In this document: positions 62,188-64,000 of the stretch, piece by piece
Layout: every line of letters starts with the position of its first letter
Numbering within the stretch: the stretch's first letter is position 1
Assembly: GCA_053919585.1 (NCBI GenBank)
Contig: CM132813.1
From: Euprymna scolopes
Lineage: Eukaryota
DNA: 64,000 nucleotides
Reading direction: 5' to 3' (one strand)
Notes under the pieces: generated by a model
The model's input: the letters and a program-made list of their open reading frames with translations, nothing else
What the model was told of the DNA's origin: nothing
Databases searched by the model: none
Translations under genes and position numbers: made by a program

Positions 62188-64000
62188 TTAGACAAAACTC
62201 TTATTTTCATAAATAAAAACTTGTGTACGTTTAAGTGGTGATATTAAAAGAAAAATCATCAATTATGTAACAGGATATGAATTGTTTTTCTTTCCAAAAG
62301 TATCAAATTTGTTTTGAACACTTTGTATATTTTATTTGAGCCATCATTAAGCTATAAAAGTCTGACTTTCGTTAAAAAGTGCTTGTAGTAAATATAGTTA
62401 TGTAGCTGACCGCTTAAGCCAAAGCTCAAATCAAAACTCAAAGCTCAAAAAAAGTAAATAACTCTTCTACCATAGAGGCATAATAAATTAAATATTTAAA
62501 TTGATTCTGGATTAATTATTTGCATCAAACCATTTCTTGAATTTACTCCTTTTTTCTTTCTTTTTTCTTCTATTAACCTCATATTCTTTGACCAAAACTA
62601 CATATCTTTATAAAAGTCTAAATAGCTCTAAAGAATTTTCATTTGTCTGTGATCTTAAAAGTTTAAGGTTTTTTAATGATAATATTTAAGAGGGTGGAAT
62701 CAACGAACACTAGTGAACAGATGAAGTGTACGATGCTCCAAAGTGAAGCTGATTCCAAATTTTATAAAATATATGAATATATATAAAAGATTTTTAAATC
62801 TCATTCTAATTTATAAATCAATAGTAAAATACATGTTTATTAATTCCTCCAACCGGAACAGTTTTGCATTACTTTTTTGCAACCTCATGAGGATTAAAAT
62901 TAATTACATCTAGAATTCTTATTTCAATTTTAATTCAAATCTATTATATCATTTAAATTCTAGAAAATGTCTCAAATTTAAGGCTTAAGTTTAAGGCATC
63001 TTAGAAAGAAATTGAGATTCAGAGAAACTTGTTTATCTATGACTATGAATCAAATTTAATGTAATTTGAAATATTTGAATATTCAAATGTGAGGTTGTGC
63101 TCATATTACACAGCCAAAAAAAAAACATTTAAATTGCTAAAAATCTTAAATTTAGCGAATATTTATTAATTGACGTCTAATGTCTATTTTTAAAATTGCA
63201 TATATATTAAAGGTGTCTGAAGTTTTACAAAAGACTTTCACTCTGGATTTTACCTTGTTTGTATATAAATAAATCAAACAAAATATAGCCTACATGTTGA
63301 CCACTTATGCCTAGCAGCCATGTTTCAAAATTCATAATACTCAGTTAATTAGTTTAGGAGTGAATCCCATACATACTAATAATTAAACATAACCACAGAT
63401 CTGACTTTATATAAATAGATGTATGCTAATTGTCTTTGATAATTTGCAAATATTTGTAAAACTGTATTTAACCATAGTCACATCAGTGTCAAATCGTTCG
63501 AATGATTTTGCAAACTGTGCGAGATAGCGTCACCCTTCATCATGTTGACAGTAGACCTCACATTACAAAAAACAAAACTCTTCTTTAAAACTATACCTAA
63601 AAAATTATGTATCACTCACTATATTCGATGGGCCTTACACCAATAGATTACCATCATTTTAGAATTTTGCAACATTGTTTAAATGGATTGCAGCTCACTT
63701 TTGAAATCTTCCTTCTGGCTCAGAAGCAACCAACAATTGAACGACTGAAGTGAAGGAGAAGCTTCCTCAACCATGTCAACATTTGCTGCCATAAAACATG
63801 CTGACTGGTCATCACAATAGCTTCAGCACTTTCTTTAGATCATTATAATGCAACACGTTGTTTTGGGCTAATTTAAATAAAGGACCATAGAAAAAGTAGG
63901 GATCTCAGTTTCACCAGCTAAAAACTATGGTATAATAGCAAAGTTAAACGTTTGCAGTTCGTAGAAATACTATTAAGTTTTTAATTATTTTTTTTATACA

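Overview
AT-rich, repeat-saturated eukaryotic (animal) non-coding DNA. The SINE/LINE repertoire and (TA)n density suggest a mollusc, probably a coleoid cephalopod; this is inference. No intact protein-coding gene is recognisable: the ORF track is microsatellite/N-gap artefact or decayed retrotransposon pieces. Contents: about ten 3'-fragments of two CR1/L2-group LINE families ('YCCHIW' type), CR1 remnants, several RTE fragments including a BovB-like copy ending in a C2H2 finger, four 5S-rRNA-derived SINEs, two Meta-domain-like tRNA SINEs, an internally deleted mariner, hAT-type MITEs, a non-autonomous Helitron, several minisatellites, foldback palindromes and two ~170-nt assembly gaps. The most notable system is an abundant ~340-bp element with a Pol III tRNA(Arg)-like head and a minimal type I hammerhead ribozyme (CUGAAGA-stem II-GAAAC-GUU) near its 3' end. 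It occurs as >=13 segments and is repeatedly fused head-to-head to a 5'-truncated inverted copy of itself, which is the integration signature of Penelope-like elements. Two further, unrelated hammerhead-like repeat families appear in the same window. All alignments were made by eye, so boundaries of degenerate elements are approximate.
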